From Escherichia coli (GTDB lineage: Bacteria; Pseudomonadota; Gammaproteobacteria; Enterobacterales; Enterobacteriaceae), in the NCBI RefSeq assembly GCF_044324785.1, contig NZ_CP172127.1: a stretch of DNA of 64,000 nt; one strand, written 5' to 3'. Below are positions 29,818 to 40,193 of the stretch, piece after piece (positions within the stretch are counted from its first letter, which is position 1; every line of letters begins with the position of its first letter). The translations under genes were made by a program, and so were the position numbers. The notes beneath the pieces are model-generated. The model saw only the letters and a list, made by a program, of their open reading frames with translations. It ran no database searches and was not told the DNA's origin.

Positions 29818-31179
29818 TTACTTCTCCAGTTGGCGTAATATCTTATTAACTTTATCAAAAGTTTCCTGATATTCCGCTTCTTCCTGGCTATCGGCGACAA
29901 TTCCACCGCCCGCAGAGCAGTAAATTTGTCCGTTAATGGCAGTCAGCGTGCGGATAGTAATGCTGGTGTCCATGTTGCCGCAAAAGCTCAAATAGCCAAT
30001 GCTGCCGCACCAGGCATTGCGTCGGTGCGGTTCCAGTTCGTCGATAATTTCCATAGCCCGTACTTTCGGAGCCCCAGTTATTGAGCCACCAGGAAAAGCT
30101 GCGCGCAGCAGATCGCTGGCGTGTAACTGTTCTGGTAGCCGCGCCGTTATGGTGCTGACCAGATGATGCACGGCAGGGAAGGGTTCGACCACGAACAGCT
30201 CTGGTACTTTTACCGAACCAGCTACGGCAACGCGACCGATATCATTACGCATTAAATCAACAATCATCAGATTTTCAGCGCGATCTTTCGCTGAGTTCGC
30301 CAGTTTTTCTGCTTGTTTGCTATCTTCCTGAGGATCGGGCAGGCGTGGTAGCGTGCCTTTAATCGGGCGGGTCTGGATTTCACTATTATCACAAAGGATA
30401 AACCGCTCTGGCGAAAGGCTTAAAATCGCACCCTGTTCAAGACGTAAAAAAGCGCTAAACGGCGCGCGGTTGGCCTGATTAAGCTGAAGGAATGCCTGCC
30501 ATTCATCGCCAGAATAGGTCGTATGAAAACGCTGGGCGAGATTCACCTGATAGCAATCACCACTGTGCAGATATTCCTGTACCTGGCGAAATTTTTCGCC
30601 GTACTGCTCGCGGGTCATATTGGATTGCCAGTCGGAAGTGAGCGTGAAATCTTCCTGCGGCGAGAATTGCTGGCTTTCCAGCCAGGCCCGACGAGCATTG
30701 ACATCATTATGACTCAGCAAAGAAACTGTTTGACGCTGGTGGTCAACAACCAGCGCCCAGTCGTAGATACCCACTACCATATCAGGCAGAACGATATCTT
30801 GCTGCGCAATTTCTGGCAGTGACTCAAAACGGCGGCCCAGATCGTAGCCAAACAACCCCAGCGCGCCGCCCTGAAATGGCAAATCTTCGTTATGCGCTGG
30901 GCGAATGTCTGCGCGATCCAGCACCTGCTGGAGCACCTGTAGCGGGTCATCAGTGGTCGTTGTGCGTTTTTCGCTTTCACTAACAACGGTTTCTTTACCG
31001 AAAGTGGTTAAAGTGCAAATCGGCTCGGCGACCACAATATCAAAGCGGCTATACGGATGATCGGCATAGCCGGAGTGTAAAAGCATCGCCCACGGCAGGT
31101 GGCTTAAGCGGGAGAAATAAAATTCAGCGGCGTCCTGACGCCAGGGTAAAGTAATCACAGCGGGAGATAACGTCTTCAT
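29818..31179 (-). CDS. pabB: Aminodeoxychorismate synthase component 1
   Basis: 453-aa chorismate-binding enzyme ORF; recognised as PabB. Confidence 0.9.
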   Translation of the reverse strand: MKTLSPAVITLPWRQDAAEFYFSRLSHLPWAMLLHSGYADHPYSRFDIVVAEPICTLTTFGKETVVSESEKRTTTTDDPLQVLQQVLDRADIRPAHNEDLPFQGGALGLFGYDLGRRFESLPEIAQQDIVLPDMVVGIYDWALVVDHQRQTVSLLSHNDVNARRAWLESQQFSPQEDFTLTSDWQSNMTREQYGEKFRQVQEYLHSGDCYQVNLAQRFHTTYSGDEWQAFLQLNQANRAPFSAFLRLEQGAILSLSPERFILCDNSEIQTRPIKGTLPRLPDPQEDSKQAEKLANSAKDRAENLMIVDLMRNDIGRVAVAGSVKVPELFVVEPFPAVHHLVSTITARLPEQLHASDLLRAAFPGGSITGAPKVRAMEIIDELEPHRRNAWCGSIGYLSFCGNMDTSITIRTLTAINGQIYCSAGGGIVADSQEEAEYQETFDKVNKILRQLEK

Positions 31180-31252
31180 CAGTCCTGACTCTACTGGCTA
31201 TGTGCCGGGTAGCATGAAATAATTAGCGCCAACAATTTAGCAGGAGTTAACA

Positions 31253-31432
31253 ATGTTTGCAGGTTTACCTTCACTCACCCATGAACAGCAGCAAAAAGCC
31301 GTCGAGCGGATCCAGGAACTGATGGCACAAGGGATGAGCAGCGGCCAGGCAATCGCGCTGGTGGCAGAAGAGCTGCGTGCCAACCATTCCGGCGAGCGAA
31401 TCGTGGCGCGTTTTGAGGATGAAGACGAGTAA
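31253..31432 (+). CDS. yoaH: UPF0181 small protein YoaH (59 aa)
   Basis: Hand translation [59 protein letters not shown] with CAGGAG Shine-Dalgarno; track shows only the antisense ORF. Confidence 0.8.
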
Positions 31433-31486
31433 CACACTTATCCGTATCGTTTTCGTTATAGAAGCCGATGGTTATTTGATTGTGAG

Positions 31487-31527
31487 AAAAAGGACGCTTT
31501 TCATATGTGATTAAAAGCGTCCTGACC
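31487..31527. terminator. Hairpin terminator between convergent yoaH and yoaC
   Basis: aggacgctttt-catatgtgatt-aaaagcgtcct 11-bp stem; on the minus strand it is followed by a T-run, so it is best supported as the yoaC terminator. Confidence 0.65.
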
Positions 31528-31551
31528 CATTTATGCTGATGTAAATTTAAC

Positions 31552-31851
31552 TTAGACCAGTGCTTTTAGTTCTTCCTGCATATATGTTGAAAAGTATTCA
31601 GGATTTTTAATCACAGAGCGTTCACCTGTCTCCATTTTTTTTGCCCATCCAACCATTTTTTCCGTGAACCCAGGGTTCCAGCCTTCCTGGTCAGCTCGCG
31701 CCGTAATATCAGCGGCACTCGCGGGTACTCCCAGTTCTTTTAAATATTTAAAGATTCCCTTCGCCGTGCTTTCATTCATCGAACTTGGTGTTGGCGCTGA
31801 TACATCCATGGCACCAATGAAATCCAGGGCTTTATCTATTACAGCAGGCAT
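31552..31851 (-). CDS. yoaC: DUF1889 protein YoaC
   Basis: Track ORF 31552..31911 trimmed to MPAVIDKALDFIGAMDVSAPTPSS... (99 aa). Confidence 0.8.
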   Translation of the reverse strand: MPAVIDKALDFIGAMDVSAPTPSSMNESTAKGIFKYLKELGVPASAADITARADQEGWNPGFTEKMVGWAKKMETGERSVIKNPEYFSTYMQEELKALV

Positions 31852-32272
31852 ATTCTTATCCTTAAAATTAACCATGTTATCGATAAGGCTATATATGACC
31901 TTAATTTGCATCTAATATCAAAGGGATTATAACGATATGGCACGAGTTAACCTGTTGACATTCAGGTGTTTTAAAGGTAGCAGCTCATGGTGTGTTATCC
32001 AGTAAGAGGGAGAAAATTAACGGTCAGTCCGCACGCTATAACCAAATTGTTCAGCTAAGAAAGAAAACCAGAGATGCTAATCGAAGGGTGAACACAACGG
32101 CATTGTTATGTTTATTTATATAGTTAGTTTTATAGCTAAAATTGAAATTATAAAAATAAATAATGAATTAGCAGGAGCATCAACAGTAATATCTTAATCT
32201 CTGGTCGATTTATGTAAAACCGACCAGTATTATCGATAAATTATCGTCTGACTTATTTTGCTTCGATAAAGC

Positions 32273-32617
32273 TTACACCGCAGCCACAATCTTAATTTCA
32301 ACTTTATACTTCGGGTTCATCAAACCCGCTTGTACCGTGCAGCGCACCGGCGCATGACCCGCGACAACCCAGGCATCCCACGCTTTATTCATCGCCGCGA
32401 AGTCGTTTTTATCGGCCAGGAAAATGGTGGCATCCAGAATGCTCGATTTATTGCTGCCCTGTTTTTCCAGCACGGCGTCAATCTGCGCCAGCGTGTTGGC
32501 GGTTTGCTCAAAGGCATCGGCGTCGAGGTTTTCCGGTACACCAGTGTAGTAGAGCGTGTTGTTGTGGATTACTACATCAGACCAGCGGGCTTCAGCATCG
32601 ATACGAACGATAGTCAT
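32273..32617 (-). CDS. yoaB: RidA/YjgF-family protein YoaB
   Basis: Track ORF 32273..32665 trimmed to MTIVRIDAEARWSDVVIHNNTLYYTGVPENLDADAFEQT... (114 aa). Confidence 0.8.
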   Translation of the reverse strand: MTIVRIDAEARWSDVVIHNNTLYYTGVPENLDADAFEQTANTLAQIDAVLEKQGSNKSSILDATIFLADKNDFAAMNKAWDAWVVAGHAPVRCTVQAGLMNPKYKVEIKIVAAV

Positions 32618-32748
32618 CATTTTGTCCTCATTATACTTCCATTTTCGTGCTGCAAAGACTGCCACAATGTGAGGTCGCCGTCACCACTTCAACTGGCGAA
32701 AGCGCCCTCATCCTGACATAATCCCTGTTCAAATCAACAGGGGGTAGT

Positions 32749-34659
32749 GTGACGGACGATTTTGCACCAGACGGTCAGCTGGCGAAAGCGATACCAGGCT
32801 TTAAGCCGCGAGAACCACAGCGACAGATGGCGGTAGCCGTCACCCAGGCGATAGAAAAAGGCCAGCCGCTGGTGGTGGAAGCAGGAACCGGTACGGGCAA
32901 AACCTACGCTTACCTGGCCCCTGCGCTGCGGGCGAAAAAGAAAGTCATTATCTCGACCGGCTCAAAAGCGTTGCAGGATCAGCTCTACAGCCGCGATTTG
33001 CCAACAGTCTCAAAGGCGTTGAAATATACGGGCAACGTGGCGTTGCTGAAAGGGCGCTCAAACTACCTCTGCCTCGAACGTCTCGAACAGCAGGCGCTGG
33101 CGGGCGGCGATCTGCCGGTACAAATCTTAAGCGATGTGATCCTGCTGCGCTCCTGGTCTAATCAAACAGTCGATGGTGATATCAGCACCTGCGTCAGCGT
33201 GGCGGAAGATTCACAGGCGTGGCCGCTGGTCACCAGCACCAACGACAACTGTCTTGGCAGCGACTGCCCGATGTATAAAGATTGCTTTGTGGTCAAAGCA
33301 CGTAAAAAAGCGATGGACGCCGATGTGGTGGTGGTAAACCATCATCTCTTTCTGGCGGATATGGTGGTTAAAGAGAGTGGATTTGGCGAGTTGATCCCGG
33401 AAGCGGACGTCATGATCTTCGACGAAGCCCATCAGCTACCGGACATTGCCAGCCAGTATTTTGGTCAGTCACTCTCCAGTCGACAACTGCTCGACCTGGC
33501 AAAAGACATCACCATCGCCTACCGCACCGAATTAAAAGACACCCAGCAGTTACAAAAGTGCGCTGATCGTCTTGCCCAGAGTGCGCAGGATTTTCGTCTG
33601 CAACTCGGTGAGCCAGGTTATCGCGGTAACCTGCGTGAGCTGTTAGCTAATCCGCAAATTCAGCGGGCATTTTTACTGCTCGATGACACCCTGGAACTTT
33701 GTTATGACGTGGCGAAACTGTCACTGGGGCGTTCCGCCTTGCTGGATGCGGCATTTGAGCGCGCCACGTTGTATCGCACACGGCTGAAGCGGCTAAAAGA
33801 GATCAATCAGCCGGGCTACAGCTACTGGTACGAATGCACTTCGCGCCATTTTACTCTGGCTCTCACGCCGCTCAGCGTGGCGGATAAATTCAAAGAGTTA
33901 ATGGCGCAAAAGCCCGGTAGCTGGATCTTCACCTCAGCAACGCTGTCGGTGAACGACGATCTGCATCATTTCACCTCGCGGCTTGGGATAGAACAGGCGG
34001 AGTCGTTGCTATTGCCAAGCCCGTTTGATTACAGCCGCCAGGCGTTACTCTGTGTGCCGCGCAACCTGCCGCAAACCAATCAACCGGGCTCCGCACGGCA
34101 ACTGGCGGCAATGTTGCGACCGATCATCGAAGCTAACAACGGTCGTTGTTTTATGCTTTGTACCTCGCACGCCATGATGCGCGATCTGGCCGAGCAGTTC
34201 CGCGCTACCATGACGCTTCCCGTTTTGTTGCAGGGGGAAACCAGCAAAGGGCAACTGTTGCAGCAATTTGTCAGTGCCGGTAATGCGCTTCTTGTGGCAA
34301 CCAGTAGTTTCTGGGAAGGGGTGGACGTGCGTGGCGATACATTGTCATTGGTAATTATCGACAAATTGCCGTTTACCTCGCCGGATGATCCACTGTTAAA
34401 AGCGCGCATGGAAGATTGTCGTTTGCGCGGTGGCGACCCGTTCGATGAAGTACAACTGCCGGATGCGGTGATTACTCTCAAGCAGGGAGTAGGGCGACTG
34501 ATTCGCGACGCCGACGATCGCGGCGTGCTGGTGATTTGCGATAATCGGCTGGTGATGCGCCCTTACGGCGCGACGTTTCTCGCCAGTCTGCCGCCCGCGC
34601 CGCGCACCCGTGACATTGCCCGTGCGGTTCGCTTCCTTGCGATACCATCCTCCAGGTAA
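32749..34659 (+). CDS. yoaA: DinG-family ATP-dependent DNA helicase YoaA
   Basis: 636-aa ORF with Walker A (GTGKT), DEAH box (DEAH) and an Fe-S-type Cys cluster region; recognised as YoaA. Confidence 0.9.
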   Translation: MTDDFAPDGQLAKAIPGFKPREPQRQMAVAVTQAIEKGQPLVVEAGTGTGKTYAYLAPALRAKKKVIISTGSKALQDQLYSRDLPTVSKALKYTGNVALLKGRSNYLCLERLEQQALAGGDLPVQILSDVILLRSWSNQTVDGDISTCVSVAEDSQAWPLVTSTNDNCLGSDCPMYKDCFVVKARKKAMDADVVVVNHHLFLADMVVKESGFGELIPEADVMIFDEAHQLPDIASQYFGQSLSSRQLLDLAKDITIAYRTELKDTQQLQKCADRLAQSAQDFRLQLGEPGYRGNLRELLANPQIQRAFLLLDDTLELCYDVAKLSLGRSALLDAAFERATLYRTRLKRLKEINQPGYSYWYECTSRHFTLALTPLSVADKFKELMAQKPGSWIFTSATLSVNDDLHHFTSRLGIEQAESLLLPSPFDYSRQALLCVPRNLPQTNQPGSARQLAAMLRPIIEANNGRCFMLCTSHAMMRDLAEQFRATMTLPVLLQGETSKGQLLQQFVSAGNALLVATSSFWEGVDVRGDTLSLVIIDKLPFTSPDDPLLKARMEDCRLRGGDPFDEVQLPDAVITLKQGVGRLIRDADDRGVLVICDNRLVMRPYGATFLASLPPAPRTRDIARAVRFLAIPSSR

Positions 34660-34716
34660 TTTGTTACGGAGTATGGTATGATGCGCGCCTTTTTATTGAT
34701 CTAAGCACGAAGACCC

Positions 34717-35412
34717 ATGCGAATTCTGGCTATCGATACCGCGACAGAGGCCTGCTCTGTCGCTCTGTGGAACGACGGCACTGTCAACGCTCATTTTGAG
34801 CTTTGCCCTCGTGAACATACTCAACGAATTTTACCGATGGTGCAGGATATCCTGACCACCAGCGGAACTTCCCTGACTGACATTAACGCTCTGGCTTACG
34901 GGCGCGGCCCCGGTAGCTTTACTGGCGTGCGCATTGGTATTGGCATCGCGCAAGGGCTGGCACTTGGCGCAGAGCTGCCGATGATTGGCGTCTCCACGCT
35001 AATGACGATGGCGCAAGGGGCGTGGCGCAAAAACGGCGCAACACGCGTGCTGGCAGCCATTGACGCGCGAATGGGCGAAGTTTACTGGGCCGAATATCAG
35101 CGTGATGAAAACGGTATCTGGCACGGTGAAGAAACCGAAGCCGTACTCAAACCTGAACTCGTTCATGAACGGATGCAACAGCTTTCCGGGGAATGGGTGA
35201 CGGTAGGTACAGGCTGGCAAGCCTGGCCGGATCTCGGTAAAGAGAGCGGGCTGGTTTTGCGCTACGGAGAAGTTTTACTGCCAGCGGCGGAAGATATGCT
35301 GCCGATTGCTTGTCAGATGTTTGCCGAGGGTAAAACGGTGGCGGTGGAACATGCCGAACCGGTTTATTTACGTAACAACGTCGCATGGAAGAAACTTCCG
35401 GGCAAAGAATGA
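34717..35412 (+). CDS. tsaB: tRNA t6A37 biosynthesis protein TsaB (YeaZ)
   Basis: 231-aa [21 protein letters not shown]... (inactive Kae1/TsaD paralogue fold). Confidence 0.9.
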   Translation: MRILAIDTATEACSVALWNDGTVNAHFELCPREHTQRILPMVQDILTTSGTSLTDINALAYGRGPGSFTGVRIGIGIAQGLALGAELPMIGVSTLMTMAQGAWRKNGATRVLAAIDARMGEVYWAEYQRDENGIWHGEETEAVLKPELVHERMQQLSGEWVTVGTGWQAWPDLGKESGLVLRYGEVLLPAAEDMLPIACQMFAEGKTVAVEHAEPVYLRNNVAWKKLPGKE

Positions 35413-35450
35413 ATCTTAAGAGTATGCCCTGAGAAAAAAGGAGTCGCATC

Positions 35451-36032
35451 ATGGCGGTTCAAAAGAATGTTATCAAAGGCATACTGGCAGGTACGTTTGC
35501 GCTAATGCTGAGCGGTTGTGTCACTGTGCCGGACGCCATTAAAGGCAGCAGTCCCACGCCGCAACAAGATTTAGTTCGGGTGATGAGTGCGCCGCAGCTG
35601 TACGTTGGTCAGGAGGCTCGCTTTGGCGGCAAAGTGGTTGCGGTACAAAACCAGCAAGGGAAAACCCGCCTGGAAATTGCTACCGTACCGCTGGACAGCG
35701 GTGCCAGACCGACGCTGGGAGAACCTTCTCGCGGGCGCATTTATGCCGATGTGAATGGTTTTCTTGATCCGGTCGATTTCCGTGGGCAGCTGGTGACAGT
35801 TGTCGGGCCAATCACCGGTACGGTTGACGGAAAAATCGGCAACACGCCCTATAAATTTATGGTGATGCAGGCAACAGGTTACAAACGTTGGCATTTAACC
35901 CAGCAGGTGATTATGCCGCCTCAGCCGATTGATCCATGGTTTTATGGCGGTCGTGGCTGGCCCTATGGCTACGGCGGATGGGGCTGGTATAATCCCGGCC
36001 CTGCGAGAGTACAAACAGTTGTAACTGAATAA
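35451..36032 (+). CDS. yeaY: Slp-family outer membrane lipoprotein YeaY
   Basis: 193-aa ORF with lipobox (LSGC) and Gly/Trp/Tyr-rich C-terminus. Confidence 0.85.
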   Translation: MAVQKNVIKGILAGTFALMLSGCVTVPDAIKGSSPTPQQDLVRVMSAPQLYVGQEARFGGKVVAVQNQQGKTRLEIATVPLDSGARPTLGEPSRGRIYADVNGFLDPVDFRGQLVTVVGPITGTVDGKIGNTPYKFMVMQATGYKRWHLTQQVIMPPQPIDPWFYGGRGWPYGYGGWGWYNPGPARVQTVVTE

Positions 36033-36053
36033 TTGCTTGTTTTTAAAGAAAAA

Positions 36054-36087
36054 GAAACAGCGGCTGGTCCGCTGTTTCTGCATTCTT
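36054..36087 (+). terminator. Hairpin after yeaY
   Basis: gaaacagcgg-ctggt-ccgctgtttc perfect 10-bp stem followed by a T-rich tract (tgcattctt). Confidence 0.5.
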
Positions 36088-36146
36088 ACGGTAAAGATAA
36101 AAATAAATAGTGACGCGCTTCGCAACCTTTTCGTTGGGTAATTATC

Positions 36147-36164
36147 AAGCTGGTATGATGAGTT
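36147..36164 (+). promoter_or_regulatory. Candidate FadR operator upstream of fadD
   Basis: AAGCTGGTATGATGAGTT matches the FadR consensus AACTGGTCNGACCNGTT at about 11 of 16 informative positions; about 75-90 nt upstream of the fadD TTG start. Confidence 0.45.
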
Positions 36165-36236
36165 AATATTATGTTAACGGCATGTATATCATTTGGGGTT
36201 GCGATGACGACGAACACGCATTTTAGAGGTGAAGAA

Positions 36237-37922
36237 TTGAAGAAGGTTTGGCTTAACCGTTATCCCGCGGACGTTCCGACGGAGATCAACCCTGACCGTT
36301 ATCAATCTCTGGTAGATATGTTTGAGCAGTCGGTCGCGCGCTACGCCGATCAACCCGCGTTTGTGAATATGGGGGAGGTGATGACCTTCCGCAAACTGGA
36401 AGAACGCAGTCGCGCGTTTGCCGCTTATTTGCAACAAGGGTTGGGACTGAAGAAAGGCGATCGCGTTGCGTTGATGATGCCTAATTTATTGCAATATCCG
36501 GTGGCGCTGTTTGGCATTTTGCGTGCCGGGATGATTGTCGTAAACGTTAACCCGTTGTATACCCCGCGTGAACTTGAGCATCAGCTTAACGATAGCGGCG
36601 CATCGGCGATTGTTATCGTGTCTAACTTTGCCCACACTCTGGAAAAAGTGGTTGATAAAACCGCCGTTCAGCACGTAATTCTGACCCGTATGGGCGATCA
36701 GCTATCTACGGCAAAAGGCACGGTAGTCAATTTCGTTGTTAAATACATCAAGCGTCTGGTGCCGAAATACCATCTGCCAGATGCCATTTCATTTCGTAGC
36801 GCCCTGCACAACGGCTACCGGATGCAGTACGTCAAACCCGAACTGGTGCCGGAAGATTTAGCTTTCCTGCAATACACCGGCGGTACCACTGGTGTGGCGA
36901 AAGGCGCGATGCTGACTCACCGCAATATGCTGGCGAACCTGGAACAGGTTAACGCGACCTATGGTCCGCTGTTGCATCCGGGCAAAGAGCTGGTGGTGAC
37001 GGCGCTGCCGCTGTATCACATTTTTGCACTGACCATTAACTGCCTGCTGTTTATCGAACTGGGTGGGCAGAACCTGCTTATCACTAATCCGCGCGATATT
37101 CCAGGGTTGGTAAAAGAGTTAGCGAAATATCCGTTTACCGCTATCACTGGCGTTAACACCTTGTTCAATGCGTTGCTGAACAATAAAGAGTTCCAGCAGC
37201 TGGATTTCTCCAGTCTGCATCTTTCCGCAGGCGGAGGGATGCCTGTTCAGCAAGTGGTGGCAGAACGTTGGGTGAAACTGACTGGACAGTATCTGCTGGA
37301 AGGTTATGGCCTGACCGAGTGTGCGCCGCTGGTCAGCGTTAACCCGTATGATATTGATTATCATAGTGGTAGCATCGGTTTGCCGGTGCCATCGACGGAA
37401 GCCAAACTGGTGGATGACGACGACAACGAAGTACCACCGGGTCAACCGGGTGAGCTTTGTGTCAAAGGACCGCAGGTGATGCTGGGTTACTGGCAGCGTC
37501 CGGATGCTACCGATGAAATCATCAAAAATGGCTGGTTACACACCGGCGACATCGCGGTGATGGATGAAGAAGGATTCCTGCGCATTGTCGATCGTAAAAA
37601 AGACATGATTCTGGTTTCCGGTTTTAACGTCTATCCCAACGAGATTGAAGATGTCGTCATGCAGCATCCTGGCGTACAGGAAGTCGCGGCTGTTGGCGTA
37701 CCTTCCGGCTCCAGTGGTGAAGCGGTGAAAATCTTCGTAGTGAAAAAAGATCCATCGCTTACCGAAGAGTCACTGGTGACTTTTTGCCGCCGTCAGCTCA
37801 CGGGCTACAAAGTACCGAAGCTGGTGGAGTTTCGTGATGAGTTACCGAAATCTAACGTCGGAAAAATTTTGCGACGAGAATTACGTGACGAAGCGCGCGG
37901 CAAAGTGGACAATAAAGCCTGA
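36237..37922 (+). CDS. fadD: Long-chain fatty acid-CoA ligase FadD (TTG start)
   Basis: Track ORF 36171..37922 trimmed to TTG-initiated (M)[25 protein letters not shown]... (561 aa); AMP-binding motif [11 protein letters not shown] present. Confidence 0.9.
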
Positions 37923-37940
37923 GCGTTAAGTCAGTCGTCA

Positions 37941-37967
37941 GACGCCGGTTAATCCGGCGTTTTTTTT
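37941..37967 (+). terminator. Intrinsic terminator after fadD
   Basis: acgccgg-ttaat-ccggcgt hairpin followed by TTTTTTT. Confidence 0.85.
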
Positions 37968-37991
37968 GACGCCCACTAAAGAGAATACAAT

Positions 37992-39119
37992 TTGAATTAC
38001 CAAATGATTACCACGGACGATGCGCTGGCTTCTTTGTGTGAAGCCGTCCGTGCCTTTCCGGCGATAGCCCTGGATACTGAATTTGTTCGTACGCGCACCT
38101 ATTACCCGCAACTGGGTCTAATTCAACTTTTTGATGGTGAGCATCTGGCGCTAATTGATCCTCTCGGGATCTCCGACTGGTCACCGCTGAAAGCGATCCT
38201 GCGCGATCCGTCCATCACAAAATTTCTCCATGCGGGCAGTGAAGATCTGGAAGTGTTCCTCAATGTCTTTGGCGAATTACCACAACCCTTGATTGACACG
38301 CAAATCCTTGCTGCCTTCTGCGGACGCCCGATGTCATGGGGTTTCGCTTCCATGGTGGAAGAGTATTCCGGCGTTACGCTGGACAAGAGTGAATCGCGCA
38401 CCGACTGGCTGGCCAGACCGCTGACCGAACGTCAGTGTGAATACGCAGCGGCGGATGTCTGGTATCTGTTACCGATCACCGCAAAGCTTATGGTAGAAAC
38501 GGAGGCCTCCGGCTGGCTACCTGCGGCGCTGGATGAATGCCGCCTGATGCAAATGCGTCGTCAGGAAGTCGTTGCACCGGAAGATGCCTGGCGTGATATT
38601 ACCAATGCCTGGCAGTTACGCACACGCCAACTGGCCTGTCTGCAACTGTTAGCCGACTGGCGACTGCGCAAGGCGCGGGAGCGCGATCTGGCGGTGAACT
38701 TTGTCGTGCGTGAAGAGCATTTGTGGTCGGTAGCGCGTTATATGCCGGGAAGTTTAGGCGAACTGGACAGCCTGGGCTTATCCGGTAGCGAAATCCGCTT
38801 TCACGGTAAAACGCTGCTGGCGCTGGTGGAAAAAGCGCAGACATTGCCGGAAGAGGCCTTACCGCAGCCGATGCTTAACCTGATGGACATGCCGGGTTAT
38901 CGTAAAGCGTTTAAAGCGATTAAGTCGTTGATTACTGACGTGAGCGAAACGCACAAGATCAGCGCCGAATTGCTGGCATCGCGTCGGCAAATCAACCAAC
39001 TGCTGAACTGGCACTGGAAACTGAAACCGCAGAACAATTTGCCGGAGCTGATTTCCGGCTGGCGTGGTGAGCTGATGGCGGAAGCATTACACAATTTATT
39101 GCAGGAATATCCGCAGTAA
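37992..39119 (+). CDS. rnd: Ribonuclease D
   Basis: 375-aa ORF with DEDDy 3'-5' exonuclease and HRDC regions; recognised as Rnd. Confidence 0.9.
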   Translation: MNYQMITTDDALASLCEAVRAFPAIALDTEFVRTRTYYPQLGLIQLFDGEHLALIDPLGISDWSPLKAILRDPSITKFLHAGSEDLEVFLNVFGELPQPLIDTQILAAFCGRPMSWGFASMVEEYSGVTLDKSESRTDWLARPLTERQCEYAAADVWYLLPITAKLMVETEASGWLPAALDECRLMQMRRQEVVAPEDAWRDITNAWQLRTRQLACLQLLADWRLRKARERDLAVNFVVREEHLWSVARYMPGSLGELDSLGLSGSEIRFHGKTLLALVEKAQTLPEEALPQPMLNLMDMPGYRKAFKAIKSLITDVSETHKISAELLASRRQINQLLNWHWKLKPQNNLPELISGWRGELMAEALHNLLQEYPQ

Positions 39120-39125
39120 AATCTT

Positions 39126-39168
39126 CCGAAGCCGGACTGGGCGCGCTCAGCGCCACATCCGGCTTCGG
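39126..39168. repeat. REP-like palindromic element between convergent rnd and yeaX
   Basis: ccgaagccgg ... ccggcttcgg 10-bp inverted repeat enclosing a GC-rich core; contains the CCGGATG-type REP signature (catccggc). Confidence 0.45.
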
Positions 39169-39172
39169 CAAA

Positions 39173-40138
39173 CTACAAATCCAACACCAGGCGTTTACCC
39201 TTCGCGCGCGAACAACAGATCAACATACTTTGCTGGCTGGCACGCTCTTCATCGCTAAAATACTGATCCCGATGGTCAGCTTCACCTTCCAGTATTGCCG
39301 TTTCGCAGGTTCCGCATACCCCTTCACGACATAAACATTCCACTTTCGCTGCTTTATTATTTTCAATAACCTGCAAAATAGTCATCTCTTCCGGCACCAC
39401 ATACTCTTTACCGGAACGGGCAAGCACCAGGGTAAATGCATCGCCGGTTTTGTCTTCAATCGCAAATTGTTCAAAGTGCAGCGTATCGGCGGCGATGTCC
39501 AGACGCGCAGCTTCACTTCTTACCGCCTCATTTAGCGCTTCGGGGCCACAGGTATAAACATGTGTGCCAGGTTCGATATCCGCCAATAATCGCGCTAATT
39601 CCAGTCGTGTTCCGGTTGATGAATGATGCAAATGGACTTTCTCAGCCTGCGGATGCTGGACTAGCTCATCACGAAATGCGCAACTTTCTGGATTTCGTGA
39701 GCAGTAATGTAACTGCCAGTCGACGTCGCTGTATTGCATCTCTGCCAGGTGCGACAGGAAAGGGGTGATACCAATGCCTCCCGCGATAAACAGATGCTTT
39801 CTGGCCGAGGGAATTAGCGCAAACAGGTTATTAGGCGTTGAAATCGTTAACCGATCGCCCACTTTTACCTGCTGATGCAAAAAGCGGGAACCGCCGCGCG
39901 AGTTTTCCTCCAGCCGAACGGCAATCTGATAACAAGAGGTGTCATGCGGCGAACTCAGTAGTGAATACGCATTGCTGTACTCGTTATCACCATCGCTCAT
40001 CTGCACAATGACGTGACTTCCTCCGGTAAACGCAGGTAATGGTTTGCCATCGGTTGCCACCAGCGTGAAGCGTTTCACCTGTTCGGTAAGCGGTTCAATT
40101 TGGCTCACCTGTACTTCAAACATTTGATAGTCTGACAT
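39173..40138 (-). CDS. yeaX: Carnitine monooxygenase reductase subunit YeaX (CntB); FNR-like reductase with C-terminal 2Fe-2S ferredoxin
   Basis: 321-aa ORF with C-terminal Cys cluster (CREGVCGTCE) typical of plant-type ferredoxin domains. Confidence 0.85.
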   Translation of the reverse strand: MSDYQMFEVQVSQIEPLTEQVKRFTLVATDGKPLPAFTGGSHVIVQMSDGDNEYSNAYSLLSSPHDTSCYQIAVRLEENSRGGSRFLHQQVKVGDRLTISTPNNLFALIPSARKHLFIAGGIGITPFLSHLAEMQYSDVDWQLHYCSRNPESCAFRDELVQHPQAEKVHLHHSSTGTRLELARLLADIEPGTHVYTCGPEALNEAVRSEAARLDIAADTLHFEQFAIEDKTGDAFTLVLARSGKEYVVPEEMTILQVIENNKAAKVECLCREGVCGTCETAILEGEADHRDQYFSDEERASQQSMLICCSRAKGKRLVLDL

Positions 40139-40193
40139 TGCTGTACTCCATCAAAAATCAGCCCAGCGGCGGAAAATACCGCCGCCGATGTCA

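Noticed and set aside
31237-31437. 66-aa minus-strand ORF (Ser/Cys-rich)
   Set aside because: Antisense mirror of yoaH; low-complexity composition and no ribosome-binding site.
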